Positions 1 to 8,735 of a stretch of 45,479 nucleotides of DNA are shown here, one piece after another. Source of the stretch: Solirubrobacterales bacterium (GTDB lineage Bacteria; Actinomycetota; Thermoleophilia; Solirubrobacterales; 70-9); NCBI GenBank assembly GCA_050697055.1, contig JBOGZE010000351.1, positions 1-45,479 of the forward strand, given 5' to 3'. Numbering within the stretch: the stretch's first letter is position 1; every line of letters starts with the position of its first letter. Position numbers and translations under genes: made by a program. Below the pieces are notes generated by a model, which ran no database searches, had not been told where the DNA came from, and worked only from the letters and a program-made list of their open reading frames with translations.

Positions 1-699
<699 letters not shown>

Positions 700-754
700 T
701 GCGAGGGCGCTCCGATAGGAGCGACCCGTTGGACGCCGAGGGAGGCGGCGTCTG

Positions 755-1426
755 ATGGGAGTTCAAGCGATCCTCTTCGACATCGACGGCACCCTGATCA
801 GCACCGGCGGCGCCAGCGACCGGGCTTGGAAGCGGGCCTTCAAGGAGCTCCACGACGTCGACGTAGACGTCCCCGCGGTGACCGGGAAGGGGGTCCCCGA
901 TCCGGAGGTGGGGCGCGTCTCCTTCAAGGCGGCGCTGGGGCGCGAGCCCACCGACGAGGAGGCCGAGGCGCTGATGCGCCGGCGGCTCGACCACCTGCCC
1001 GAGGAAGTGGAGAACTCGTCCGGCTTCGTGGTCAAGGACGGGGTGGTGGAGCTGCTCGAGAGGCTGATCGATGACGGGGTGGTGCTCGGGCTGACCACGG
1101 GCAACGTCGAGGAGGCCGCCCACATCAAGCTGTCCCGGGCGAACCTGAACCGGTTCTTCTCCTTCGGCGGCTACGGCTCGGACTCGCCCGACCGCACCGA
1201 GCTGACCAAGAAGGCGCTGGAGCGCGGCAGGCTCGTCTCCGGCAGGACGCTCGACCGCGAGTGCTGCTTCTCCTGCGGCGACACCCCCCGCGACGTCGAG
1301 GCGGGCCACGGCGCCGGGATCAGGGTCGTCGGGGTGGCGACCGGCGAGTACACGGTCGATCAGCTGCTCGACGCCGGCGCCGACGCCGCGGTCGCCTCGC
1401 TGCGGGAGGGCATGCCGCTGCTTTAG
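755..1426 (+). CDS. HAD-superfamily hydrolase (phosphatase-like)
   Basis: N-terminal DxDGT motif (ILFDIDGTLIS) and C-terminal GDTPRDVEAG motif. GAGGGAGG RBS lies about 10 nt upstream. Confidence 0.8.
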   Translation: MGVQAILFDIDGTLISTGGASDRAWKRAFKELHDVDVDVPAVTGKGVPDPEVGRVSFKAALGREPTDEEAEALMRRRLDHLPEEVENSSGFVVKDGVVELLERLIDDGVVLGLTTGNVEEAAHIKLSRANLNRFFSFGGYGSDSPDRTELTKKALERGRLVSGRTLDRECCFSCGDTPRDVEAGHGAGIRVVGVATGEYTVDQLLDAGADAAVASLREGMPLL

Positions 1427-1436
1427 GCCGGGACTA

Positions 1437-1823
1437 CTAGGACTGGCCGACCCCGAGGACGTTGCCGTCCGGGTCCTTCATGAAGGCGATCTTGTCGCCG
1501 TCGGGGGTGGTGGCGATCCCTTTCTCATCGGTCTTCAGCGGCCCCTGGTCGTACTGCTCGAAGCTGACTCCGTTTCCGGCGAGCTCGTCCACCACCGCCT
1601 CCAGGTCATCGACCTCCCAGCCGAGCAGGGTGGCCCCAGACGGCTTTGCGCTCGGGGATGGATAGACGTGCACCGAGGTCCCGTCCCCGCACTCGTACGT
1701 GACTCCCCCGTCGCCTGTCTCCTCGCCACCGGTTAGTCCCAGCTTGCCCTCGTAGAACTCCTTCGCCCGCCCGATGTCCGAGACGCCGACCGCCGGGTTG
1801 ACCTTGCTGTCGCTCAAGCTCAT
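1437..1823 (-). CDS. VOC/glyoxalase-bleomycin resistance family protein
   Basis: 128 aa. VGVSDIGRAKEFYEGKLGL N-terminus is typical of the VOC fold. GC3-rich codons. Confidence 0.7.
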   Translation of the reverse strand: MSLSDSKVNPAVGVSDIGRAKEFYEGKLGLTGGEETGDGGVTYECGDGTSVHVYPSPSAKPSGATLLGWEVDDLEAVVDELAGNGVSFEQYDQGPLKTDEKGIATTPDGDKIAFMKDPDGNVLGVGQS

Positions 1824-1850
1824 CAGTTCTCCTCCTGGTTCGTATGTCTG

Positions 1851-1879
1851 CCCCGGTGCCTATTTCAAACCTACCGGGG
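1851..1879 (-). terminator. candidate hairpin after the response-regulator gene
   Basis: CCCCGGT (1851-1857) pairs with ACCGGGG (1873-1879) around a 15-nt loop, just downstream of the stop at 1884. No U-tract. Confidence 0.3.
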
Positions 1880-1883
1880 ACGC

Positions 1884-2534
1884 TCAGTCGACCAGCCGCC
1901 GGCTGACAGCCCAGCGGCTGAGCTCGTGACGGTTGGAGAGCTGGAGTTTGCGAAGCACCGAGCTGACGTGGGCCTCGACGGTCTTCGCCGAGATGCTGAG
2001 GCGGTGGGCGATCTCCTTGTAGAGATAGCCGCGGGCGAGCAGGCGGAGCACCTCGCGCTCGCGGGGGGTGAGCTGGTCGAGCTCGGGGTCGACCTCCTCG
2101 GCGGGAATCTCTCCGGCGAAGGCGTCGAGGACGAAGCCGGCGAGCCGGGGCGAGAAGACCGCGTCGTCTTCGCGGACGCGGGCGACGGCGTCGGCGAGCT
2201 CCTCGCCGGTGATCGTCTTGGTGACGTAGCCGCGGGCCCCGGCCCTGACGATCGCGATCACGTCCTTGGGATCGTCGGAGACCGAGAGCGCCAGGAAGCG
2301 CTGCTGGGGGCGCGACTTGCTCACCTGCTCGATCACCTCGACGCCGCCGCCCCCCGGCATATGGACGTCGAGCAGGACCACGTCGGGCCCCAGCTCGTTG
2401 ACCGCGCGGACCGCCTCCTCGACCGTCTCCGCCTCTCCGAGCACCTCGACCATCTCGCCCAGCTCGGCCCGGACACCGCTTCGGAAGATCCGGTGGTCGT
2501 CGACGATCACCACGCTCGGGGTGCGCTTGCTCAT
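1884..2534 (-). CDS. two-component response regulator, NarL/LuxR family
   Basis: Receiver domain (VVIVDDH...VLLDVHMPGG) plus LuxR HTH (LTPREREVLRLLARGYLYKEIAHRLSISAKTVEAHVSSVLRKL). ATGA overlap with the upstream kinase gene. Confidence 0.88.
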   Translation of the reverse strand: MSKRTPSVVIVDDHRIFRSGVRAELGEMVEVLGEAETVEEAVRAVNELGPDVVLLDVHMPGGGGVEVIEQVSKSRPQQRFLALSVSDDPKDVIAIVRAGARGYVTKTITGEELADAVARVREDDAVFSPRLAGFVLDAFAGEIPAEEVDPELDQLTPREREVLRLLARGYLYKEIAHRLSISAKTVEAHVSSVLRKLQLSNRHELSRWAVSRRLVD

Positions 2535-3769
2535 CCCTCGCCCGCCTTCATCTCGAGCTCGACCTCGGTCCCGCTCTCGGGCGCGCTGCGGATCTCGGCG
2601 CGGCCGCCGTGCCTGCGCATGCGTCCGATTATCGACTCGCGCAGGCCGCGGCGGTCGGCGGGTACCGCCTCGGGGTCGAAGCCGGGGCCGCGGTCGTCGA
2701 CGAAAACTCGCGCCGCGCCGTTCTCGATCTCCGCGTAGAGCCTCACCTCGCCGCCGTCAGCGCCGAACTTGGCGGCGTTGGTGAGCGCCTCGCGGGTCGC
2801 CGCCACCAGGGCGTCGAGGCGCTCGTCGAGCGGCGCGTCACCGACCACCACCGCCTCGACCGGAGCGCCGTGGGTCTCCTCCACCTCCTCGGCGGCCGCC
2901 CGGAGGGCGTCGGCGAGGCGCTCGCCGGGCCTCGCCTCGGAACCCGCCAGCCAGGAGCGGAGCTCTCGCTCCTGGTGGCGGGCCAGCTTCGCGACCTCGG
3001 CCGGGTCGTTGGAGCGCCGCTGCACCAGGGCGAGCGTCTGCAAAACGGAGTCGTGCAGGTGAGCGGCGACCTCCGCCCGCTCCTGGGAGCGGATCCGCGC
3101 CGACCGCTCCACCGTCAGCCGCCGCAACAAGTCCCACCAGATCGGCGCCGAGATCAGAGCCACCGCGATCGCCACCACCAGGCCGGCGAGGGCCGCGTCG
3201 CCGGCGGCGTCGAGGACGCCGTTCGCCCAAAGGAAGAGCAGCCCGGCACCCAGGACCAGGGCGACGCCGAAGCCCGCCCGCGAGAGACGCCCGGCCCGCT
3301 CCCGCCGCAGCTCGGTCTCGGCGCTGAGGTCGGGGGGGCCGGCGCGGACTTTGGCGGCCGCCTGGTCCTCCGGCCCGGGCCGGGACAGACTCCAGAGCAG
3401 GGCCACCCCAAAGGCGGCCAGGGTGAGGGGCCAGACGAGGGCGTCGCTCCACCAGAAGCCAAGCTGGCGGAAGCTGAGCAGCACGCTCAGCGCCAGGAAG
3501 GCGACCCCAGTGGCGATCCGCCAGCTCCCACGCCGCCGGCGTGAACGCTCCAGCCGGACGCCGCCCGCCCCGGGGGCGGCCGGGATCAGGGCCCAGGCGA
3601 GCAGATAACCAACAGCAGCGATCCCGCTGCTGCCGATCGTGATCACGACCATGCCGACTCGGGTGACGATCGGGTCGACCCCGAGGCTCCGGGCGAAGCC
3701 GGCGCAGACCCCGCCGAGGATCGCCCGGTTCGGGTCGCGGCGCAGCCCTGGGTTGCGGCCGTTGCTCAC
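2531..3769 (-). CDS. PspC-domain sensor histidine kinase (LiaS/NarX-type HisKA_3)
   Basis: PspC motif (RDPNRAILGGVCAGFARSLGVDPIVTRVG), several TM helices, H-box (AAHLHDSVLQTLALV), and ATPase boxes (REALTNAAKF, DDRGPGFD). The track start at 4216 was rejected because it overlaps two upstream genes. An in-frame GTG at 3769 was chosen; the start is uncertain. Confidence 0.75.
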   Translation of the reverse strand: MSNGRNPGLRRDPNRAILGGVCAGFARSLGVDPIVTRVGMVVITIGSSGIAAVGYLLAWALIPAAPGAGGVRLERSRRRRGSWRIATGVAFLALSVLLSFRQLGFWWSDALVWPLTLAAFGVALLWSLSRPGPEDQAAAKVRAGPPDLSAETELRRERAGRLSRAGFGVALVLGAGLLFLWANGVLDAAGDAALAGLVVAIAVALISAPIWWDLLRRLTVERSARIRSQERAEVAAHLHDSVLQTLALVQRRSNDPAEVAKLARHQERELRSWLAGSEARPGERLADALRAAAEEVEETHGAPVEAVVVGDAPLDERLDALVAATREALTNAAKFGADGGEVRLYAEIENGAARVFVDDRGPGFDPEAVPADRRGLRESIIGRMRRHGGRAEIRSAPESGTEVELEMKAGEG

Positions 3770-3786
3770 GGAAGCATTGTCGACCG

Positions 3787-3966
3787 TCAGCGCTGGCGGG
3801 CGCCGATCCCGCTGGCGACCAGGGCGGCGCCGGCGCAGGCCGCGAGGGCGGCCCCAAGCCAGCCCGGCTCGAGGTCGATCGTGCCCTCCTCCTGGAGCAG
3901 CAACAGGACGCCGAGCATGGCGATCGCGAGGCCGGTGCCCAGGGAGCCCAGTTCCGGCCTTCTCAT
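3787..3966 (-). CDS. small two-TM membrane protein (59 aa, below the ORF-track cutoff)
   Basis: MRRPELGSLGTGLAIAMLGVLLLLQEEGTIDLEPGWLGAALAACAGAALVASGIGARQR. The ATG at 3966 overlaps the upstream stop as ATGA. Strong GC3 bias. Confidence 0.55.
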   Translation of the reverse strand: MRRPELGSLGTGLAIAMLGVLLLLQEEGTIDLEPGWLGAALAACAGAALVASGIGARQR

Positions 3967-5204
3967 CGGGCGCAGGCCTCCCGTTGTGATTCGTCCTCCA
4001 GGTCGTCCCGGTCGCGCCAGTCACGATCGTCGACCTCATCCGGGTCGCGGTCGGTGACCACGAGCTGGCCGAGCTGCAGCTCCGCGTCAAGCTCGAGGCG
4101 CGGAGCTTGGCCGGACGGCTCGTTGTTGTCGAGCTCGACGTCGACGCCGTCGCTCGATTCGCCGCGCACCAGCAGCTCGCCGGCCTTCGCCTTCGCGTCG
4201 GCGTCCACGCAGACATTGGAGGGAACGGAGACGATCATCTGCCCGATCCCCAGCTCGCTGCCGAGCGAGGCGGTCTGGCCCTTCGCCCAGGGGAGGCCGC
4301 GCAGGTCGACGATCAGCTGGCCGACGCCGAGCTCGTAGCCGTCGGTCGGCAGCTCGGCAAACGCAGTGGGCGTGTGCTCGCGCTTGCCGATGCCGCCCTC
4401 GAAGTGGATGTCGGCCGCGGCCACGGCCCCCGCCGGGAGCGCCAGCAGCAGGGCGGCGGCGAGCAGCCAGGGGCTCGCTCGCCGGGCGTGGGCAATGAAG
4501 GCGGTGGCCGCCAGCGCCAGCCCGAGGGCGATGACCACGCCCGCCACCACGCTGCCGTTGCCGGTCGCGGTGACGAAGCCGGCGATCGCGGCGACGGCGG
4601 TGGCGCCGAGGATCGCGGCGCCGATCAGGATCGCGATCGCGATCCCCCGGACCAGCCGCGAGGGCGCTCCGGGCTCCTCGCCCTGAGCCGCCTCGCCGGC
4701 CTCGCGCTTCGCCGCAGACGACGCGGACGGCTCGGACGGCACCGAGCTCTCGGCGCGGGGGCCGCCCAGCGGGCGCCCCCTGATGGCCCGATAGGCCAAC
4801 ACGCCCACGAGGATCAGCAGGCCGATCCAGAGTGGGCCAGCGAATCCCCACCACCAGCCGTGGCCCCAGCCCCAGCCCCAGAACGGACCGGGGAGGGCGA
4901 CCAGCACCGCTAGCACAAGGAGCACGATCGCCGCGGTCGGCGGCCTGCGGCCGCTGACCGGCTTTCCAGTGCCGTCGTCCTCGGGAACAACCACCGCCAT
5001 CACCAGGTAGGCGAGCACGCCGAGGCCGCCGAAGAAGGCGGCGACGACGAATCCAAGCCGCACCAGTGTCGGGTCGACCCTCAGGTACTCGCCGAGGCCG
5101 CCGGCGACGCCCCAGAGCGTCCGCTCGTTGGCGGAGCGGAGCAGGCGCCGGTCGGTGGTGGTGTTCTCGTCGGTCTGCTTTGCGTTCTTCTTCTGTTCGC
5201 TCAT
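3963..5204 (-). CDS. PspC-domain membrane protein with LiaF-like C-terminal domain
   Basis: N-terminal PspC motif (RSANERTLWGVAGGLGEYLRVDPTLVRLGFV), multiple TM helices, and a C-terminal beta-rich repeat (GVGQLIVDLRG...GIGQMIVSVP...LGQLVVTD) like LiaF/DUF2154. Confidence 0.8.
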   Translation of the reverse strand: MSEQKKNAKQTDENTTTDRRLLRSANERTLWGVAGGLGEYLRVDPTLVRLGFVVAAFFGGLGVLAYLVMAVVVPEDDGTGKPVSGRRPPTAAIVLLVLAVLVALPGPFWGWGWGHGWWWGFAGPLWIGLLILVGVLAYRAIRGRPLGGPRAESSVPSEPSASSAAKREAGEAAQGEEPGAPSRLVRGIAIAILIGAAILGATAVAAIAGFVTATGNGSVVAGVVIALGLALAATAFIAHARRASPWLLAAALLLALPAGAVAAADIHFEGGIGKREHTPTAFAELPTDGYELGVGQLIVDLRGLPWAKGQTASLGSELGIGQMIVSVPSNVCVDADAKAKAGELLVRGESSDGVDVELDNNEPSGQAPRLELDAELQLGQLVVTDRDPDEVDDRDWRDRDDLEDESQREACAR

Positions 5205-5248
5205 GGCGACGACGATGACGGCTTGTGCTCGATGCGTCTATTGGGAAT

Positions 5249-5269
5249 CACCCCTAGCGCACCCCTAGC
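5249..5269 (+). repeat. tandem direct repeat CACCCCTAGC x2 (11-nt period)
   Basis: Copies at 5249-5258 and 5260-5269 are identical and separated by one G. Confidence 0.8.
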
Positions 5270-5270
5270 C

Positions 5271-5318
5271 GGGGTCAGGTCGTGCATTGCCACATGTCGT
5301 ATTGCAAGACCTGACCCC
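5271..5318 (+). promoter_or_regulatory. perfect 11-bp inverted repeat (leader hairpin or operator) upstream of the small CxxC ORF
   Basis: GGGGTCAGGTC (5271-5281) pairs with GACCTGACCCC (5308-5318) around a relatively AT-rich 26-nt spacer. It ends 17 nt before the GTG at 5335. Confidence 0.5.
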
Positions 5319-5334
5319 GGGTTAAGCTCGGCCC

Positions 5335-5502
5335 GTGCCCAAGCGGATCGTTCCCAGCCACTTCAACAAGGACGGCAAGCCGAAGCGGGGCTACGTGAAG
5401 GAGGAGGTGGCCCGCGCCGAGGCGGCTCGGCTGGGAATGACCTACTACCGCTGCGACTTCTGCGATCGCTTCCACCTCGCGAGCGCGAGCGAGGGGCGTT
5501 AG
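5335..5502 (+). CDS. small basic CxxC protein (55 aa, below the ORF-track cutoff)
   Basis: VPKRIVPSHFNKDGKPKRGYVKEEVARAEAARLGMTYYRCDFCDRFHLASASEGR. GTG start and very strong GC3 bias. Confidence 0.5.
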   Translation: MPKRIVPSHFNKDGKPKRGYVKEEVARAEAARLGMTYYRCDFCDRFHLASASEGR

Positions 5503-5893
5503 CCGCCGGCCTGCTCGGCGAGCTTGCGCCAGCTCTCGGGGTGCTCCCGCAGCCAGTGCTCGACGCTGATCGGCTCGTGGCCAGCGATCTCCCTGACGGC
5601 GTGTAGACGATCCGCTCGACGCCGGCGACGCCGCCACGTCGACCGCGCTCAGGTGCTGGGCGAGGCGGTCCTCCTCTTCGCGGCCCGAGACCAGATACAG
5701 GGTGGTGACTCCCGTCAGCGCCTTCCGCATCCCCTCTGTGTCGCTGTAGGAAGCGGCGACGGCAGTCCCGCACCCGGCAGATCGGGCGCCCTGTCCGCGT
5801 CCCGGATGATCAGGCGCTGGTCGACTCCCCGCTCGGCGAGCCGGCACGCGACCCGCCGCCGAGTTCACCCGTGGCACCGGTGACGCCGAGCAT
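5499..5893 (-). pseudogene. NmrA-like NAD(P)-binding protein relic (frameshifts plus internal deletion)
   Basis: Pieces of one protein lie in different frames: MLGVTGATGELGG (Rossmann GxxGxxG), GMRKALTGVTTLYLVSGREEEDRLAQHLSAVDVA, GVERIVYT, then REIAGHEPISVEHWLREHPESWRKLAEQAGG-stop. About 130 codons remain where this family normally has about 280. Confidence 0.6.
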
Positions 5894-5975
5894 CCCCGGA
5901 TCATTCACCATCGCGCGATCTGCTCGCCCGGACGCTTTCGGCGAAGCGCCTCGAGGAGCTCGCGCAGCTACTGTC

Positions 5976-6437
5976 TCAGGCCACTGCGACCTGGGCGTGC
6001 TCGAGCACGCACGCTTCGACGGCGTCGGGCTCGACGTGCAGGAGGGGCAGCCCAAGGGCCCGTGCCTTGCTCGGCAAGTCCAAGCTGATCCAGCGAGACA
6101 CCCGATTGGGCAGGGTCGAGATGATGACCTCGTCGTAGTCGCCGGCGTATACGGCGTCGTGGACGGCGGCAACCGGATTGGGATCGCCAACATGCCCGCT
6201 GACCTCCGACCTGGCCGCGAGTGAGAGCCGCGGCAGCGCGGCGCGCAGATTGGCATCCGCCTCCTCGCGGCCGTGGTCCTCGGGATCGACGAGGCGGTGC
6301 AGCCCGGTGGGGGATGCGGGAACCACGAGGTGGAAGCTCGCCGCACTACGGTCGGCCCGAGCCCTGACTGCCTCCAGCAGGGCCGGGGTGGCGGCGGTGC
6401 GGTTGGCGACTATGAGGACGCGGGCGGTGTCTTCCAT
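5976..6437 (-). CDS. hypothetical protein, USP/adenine-nucleotide-alpha-hydrolase-like fold (tentative)
   Basis: MEDTARVLIVANRTAATPALLEAVRARA...FHLVVPA pattern. ATG at 6437 is preceded by a GGAGG RBS. The longer track start was rejected. Confidence 0.55.
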   Translation of the reverse strand: MEDTARVLIVANRTAATPALLEAVRARADRSAASFHLVVPASPTGLHRLVDPEDHGREEADANLRAALPRLSLAARSEVSGHVGDPNPVAAVHDAVYAGDYDEVIISTLPNRVSRWISLDLPSKARALGLPLLHVEPDAVEACVLEHAQVAVA

Positions 6438-6620
6438 CTGGGCCTCCGAGGTGTCGGGATTGTGGCAATTGCAACAACGCAAGACGGATCAATCTACCGG
6501 CCACCGGCCATGGACGTATAGATATTCAAATGAGTGTCCTGATGACTCTTTTATGGATTCATTTTCTGACTCTCCGCGCGAAGGTCCGAGCGGCAGCCCG
6601 AATCGCGTAGCTTCGATCAG

Positions 6621-7184
6621 ATGAAGACCCTGTTCGTGATCCGTCACGGGCAGACCGAGGCCTCTGCCCGCGGTGTCTACTCGAGCCGGGCGGAGATTCC
6701 ACTGACCGAGGAGGGCCGCGCGCAGGCAGGCCGCGCGGCCGAGCGCCTCCGTGACGCCGGCATCGACGCGATCCGCGCGAGCCCGCTGGATCGCGCACTG
6801 GAGACGGCGCGGCTGATCGCCACCGCGGTCGGAGCGCCGCTGGTGGTTGACGAGCGCCTGCGCGAGGTCGATTACGGACCGCTCGAGGGCCTCGACCGGG
6901 CGCAGGCGGAGGAGCGGTTCGGGGCCGCTTACACGGGCTGGCGCGACCGTCCTTTCGGCGGGGAATTATCGGGGATGGAGCCGCTCGCCCACGCGCTCGT
7001 CCGAGCTCGCTCAGCCGTGGACGATGCGGTCGCCGACGCCCGCCGACCGCTGCTGGTTGCACACCAGGGCATCCTCCGAGTGGTGCTGATCGCCCTGGGG
7101 CAGATCAGACGAGATCAGTACTTCGAGACCAGGATTCCGGAGGCGGAGCCTCGCGAGATCCTCCTTCCGAACAGTAGGAGCTAG
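6621..7184 (+). CDS. histidine phosphatase (phosphoglycerate mutase-like) family protein
   Basis: The RHG catalytic motif (LFVIRHGQTEA) and overall length are typical of the family. Confidence 0.85.
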   Translation: MKTLFVIRHGQTEASARGVYSSRAEIPLTEEGRAQAGRAAERLRDAGIDAIRASPLDRALETARLIATAVGAPLVVDERLREVDYGPLEGLDRAQAEERFGAAYTGWRDRPFGGELSGMEPLAHALVRARSAVDDAVADARRPLLVAHQGILRVVLIALGQIRRDQYFETRIPEAEPREILLPNSRS

Positions 7185-7915
7185 CTCGCCAGCGCCGGCA
7201 GCCGCTCTCCGAGCCTGCGCATGGCGCCGATGCCGGGTGCGTCGCCGTCGACGTCGATCGGCGCCACCCCATCGCGATCGGCTCTGGCGACGGCGGAGTC
7301 CTCGGGCACCTCGACGATCTCGTAACTGCCCAGCGCCGAGCGAATCACGTCACGGTCCTCATCGCTTTGGACCCGGTTCGCGATCACCATCACCCGCGCC
7401 TCCTTCGCCGCGGCCGACTTAGCCGCCCGGCGTGCGACCTCGATCGACTTCGGGGTCGGGTTGGTGACCACCAGGACGAGGTCGACCGAGCCCTCCTTCA
7501 TCTTGGTGAGCGTGCCGATTCCGGCCTCCAGGTCGCAGATGACCGCGCGCTCGGCGTCGTCCAGCTCGACCAGGAGCGCGTCGGGCGTGACGCCGCAGCA
7601 GGCGCAACCCGAGTCGAGGCCGTCCACGCGTGAGGCCACGATCAGGCGCACACCGTCGGGCGCGTCGGCGCCGAAGCGCTCTACCACTGCCTCGGCTGAC
7701 TCGGCGTGCTCGATCTTGCCGCCGTCGAGCGCCTGGCGAATCCCCGCGAGGCGCTCGGTCTCCTCGGGCCCGACCCCGAGCGAGATCCCGAGCATCGGGT
7801 TCACGTCGGCATCGAGCGCGAGCACGGTGCGGCCGGAGCGGGCGAGGGTCCGGGCGATCATGCCCGAGACCGTGGTCTTGCCGGCTCCGCCCTTTCCTGC
7901 GACCGCGACCTTCAT
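7181..7915 (-). CDS. CooC-type (MinD/ParA-class) P-loop ATPase with CxC metal motif
   Basis: Deviant Walker A (VAGKGGAGKTT), a LALDADVNP block, a GCAC Cys-x-Cys motif (DSGCACCGV), and DLEAG. These resemble nickel-insertion ATPase CooC. Confidence 0.75.
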   Translation of the reverse strand: MKVAVAGKGGAGKTTVSGMIARTLARSGRTVLALDADVNPMLGISLGVGPEETERLAGIRQALDGGKIEHAESAEAVVERFGADAPDGVRLIVASRVDGLDSGCACCGVTPDALLVELDDAERAVICDLEAGIGTLTKMKEGSVDLVLVVTNPTPKSIEVARRAAKSAAAKEARVMVIANRVQSDEDRDVIRSALGSYEIVEVPEDSAVARADRDGVAPIDVDGDAPGIGAMRRLGERLPALAS

Positions 7916-7922
7916 CGACCGA

Positions 7923-8735
7923 TCACTCCTCCGATGACCCGAGATTCATGTGCGGCGAGAGTCTACGCCCCTCGAGATCGTCCGCCAGGCGCTCGATCGC
8001 GTGCACTGCGAGGGCGTCCGGGGCGGCATCGAGCAGGGCGACGCCGCGGCGCTCGGCTGCGGCCACCTCAGGGTCGAGGGGGATTGATGCCATCACGGGC
8101 TTGCCGATCAGCAGCTCCACCCGGCGCCGGTCAGCCGCGCCGCGCACCTTGCTGGCGACGAACCGGACGTCGGCGCCGGGGAGGAAGGCGCGCGCCACCC
8201 GGGCGACCCGGCGCCCGGCCAGGGCCGAGGGCCAGGTCGGTTCGACCACAACCAGATACCTCCGGGCGAAGGCGGCGAAGCCCGCGCCGACCTGGCGCGG
8301 GCCCGCGGGCACGTCGCCGATCAGGGCCCAGTTCCGGAACGTCTTCGCACGGTCCAGGCGGTTGACCGCATCGTGATAAGCGAGCACCGACCCCTGGATG
8401 TTGGAGAGCCCGTCCCGATCCGCCTTTCCCAGCGTCAACAGTCTCACGCCGTCGGGAGCCTCGGTCGAGAAGCGCTGGATCGCCCGGACCGGACCGATGC
8501 CGGACTTCAGCCGCCAGCGGAACCCCTCGTAGTTCTCGGCGGCCTGATTAAGCGGTGGCTCGGCCGGCTCCTCCGCACCGAGCGACAGCGTCAGTCCGGG
8601 CATCGGATCGGAATCCAGGGCCAGCACCCTGTGCCCACGGCGAGCGAGGATCCGCGCGAGCGTTCCGGCGATCACCGACTTTCCCGCGCCGCCCTTGCCC
8701 GTGACCGCGATCCAGAGCCTGGGGTCGCGGCTCAT
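7923..8735 (-). CDS. CooC/ParA-like P-loop ATPase lacking the CxC motif
   Basis: Walker A (VTGKGGAGKSV) and LALDSDP are present. The equivalent region reads GLSNIQGS with no Cys pair. ATGA overlap with the ftsH-like stop. Confidence 0.7.
   Translation of the reverse strand: MSRDPRLWIAVTGKGGAGKSVIAGTLARILARRGHRVLALDSDPMPGLTLSLGAEEPAEPPLNQAAENYEGFRWRLKSGIGPVRAIQRFSTEAPDGVRLLTLGKADRDGLSNIQGSVLAYHDAVNRLDRAKTFRNWALIGDVPAGPRQVGAGFAAFARRYLVVVEPTWPSALAGRRVARVARAFLPGADVRFVASKVRGAADRRRVELLIGKPVMASIPLDPEVAAAERRGVALLDAAPDALAVHAIERLADDLEGRRLSPHMNLGSSEE

Noticed and set aside
2531-4216. 561-aa version of the histidine kinase
   Set aside because: The N-terminal ~148 codons overlap the PspC/LiaF-like gene and the 59-aa ORF in other frames, and they look non-coding. 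The start was moved to GTG at 3769.
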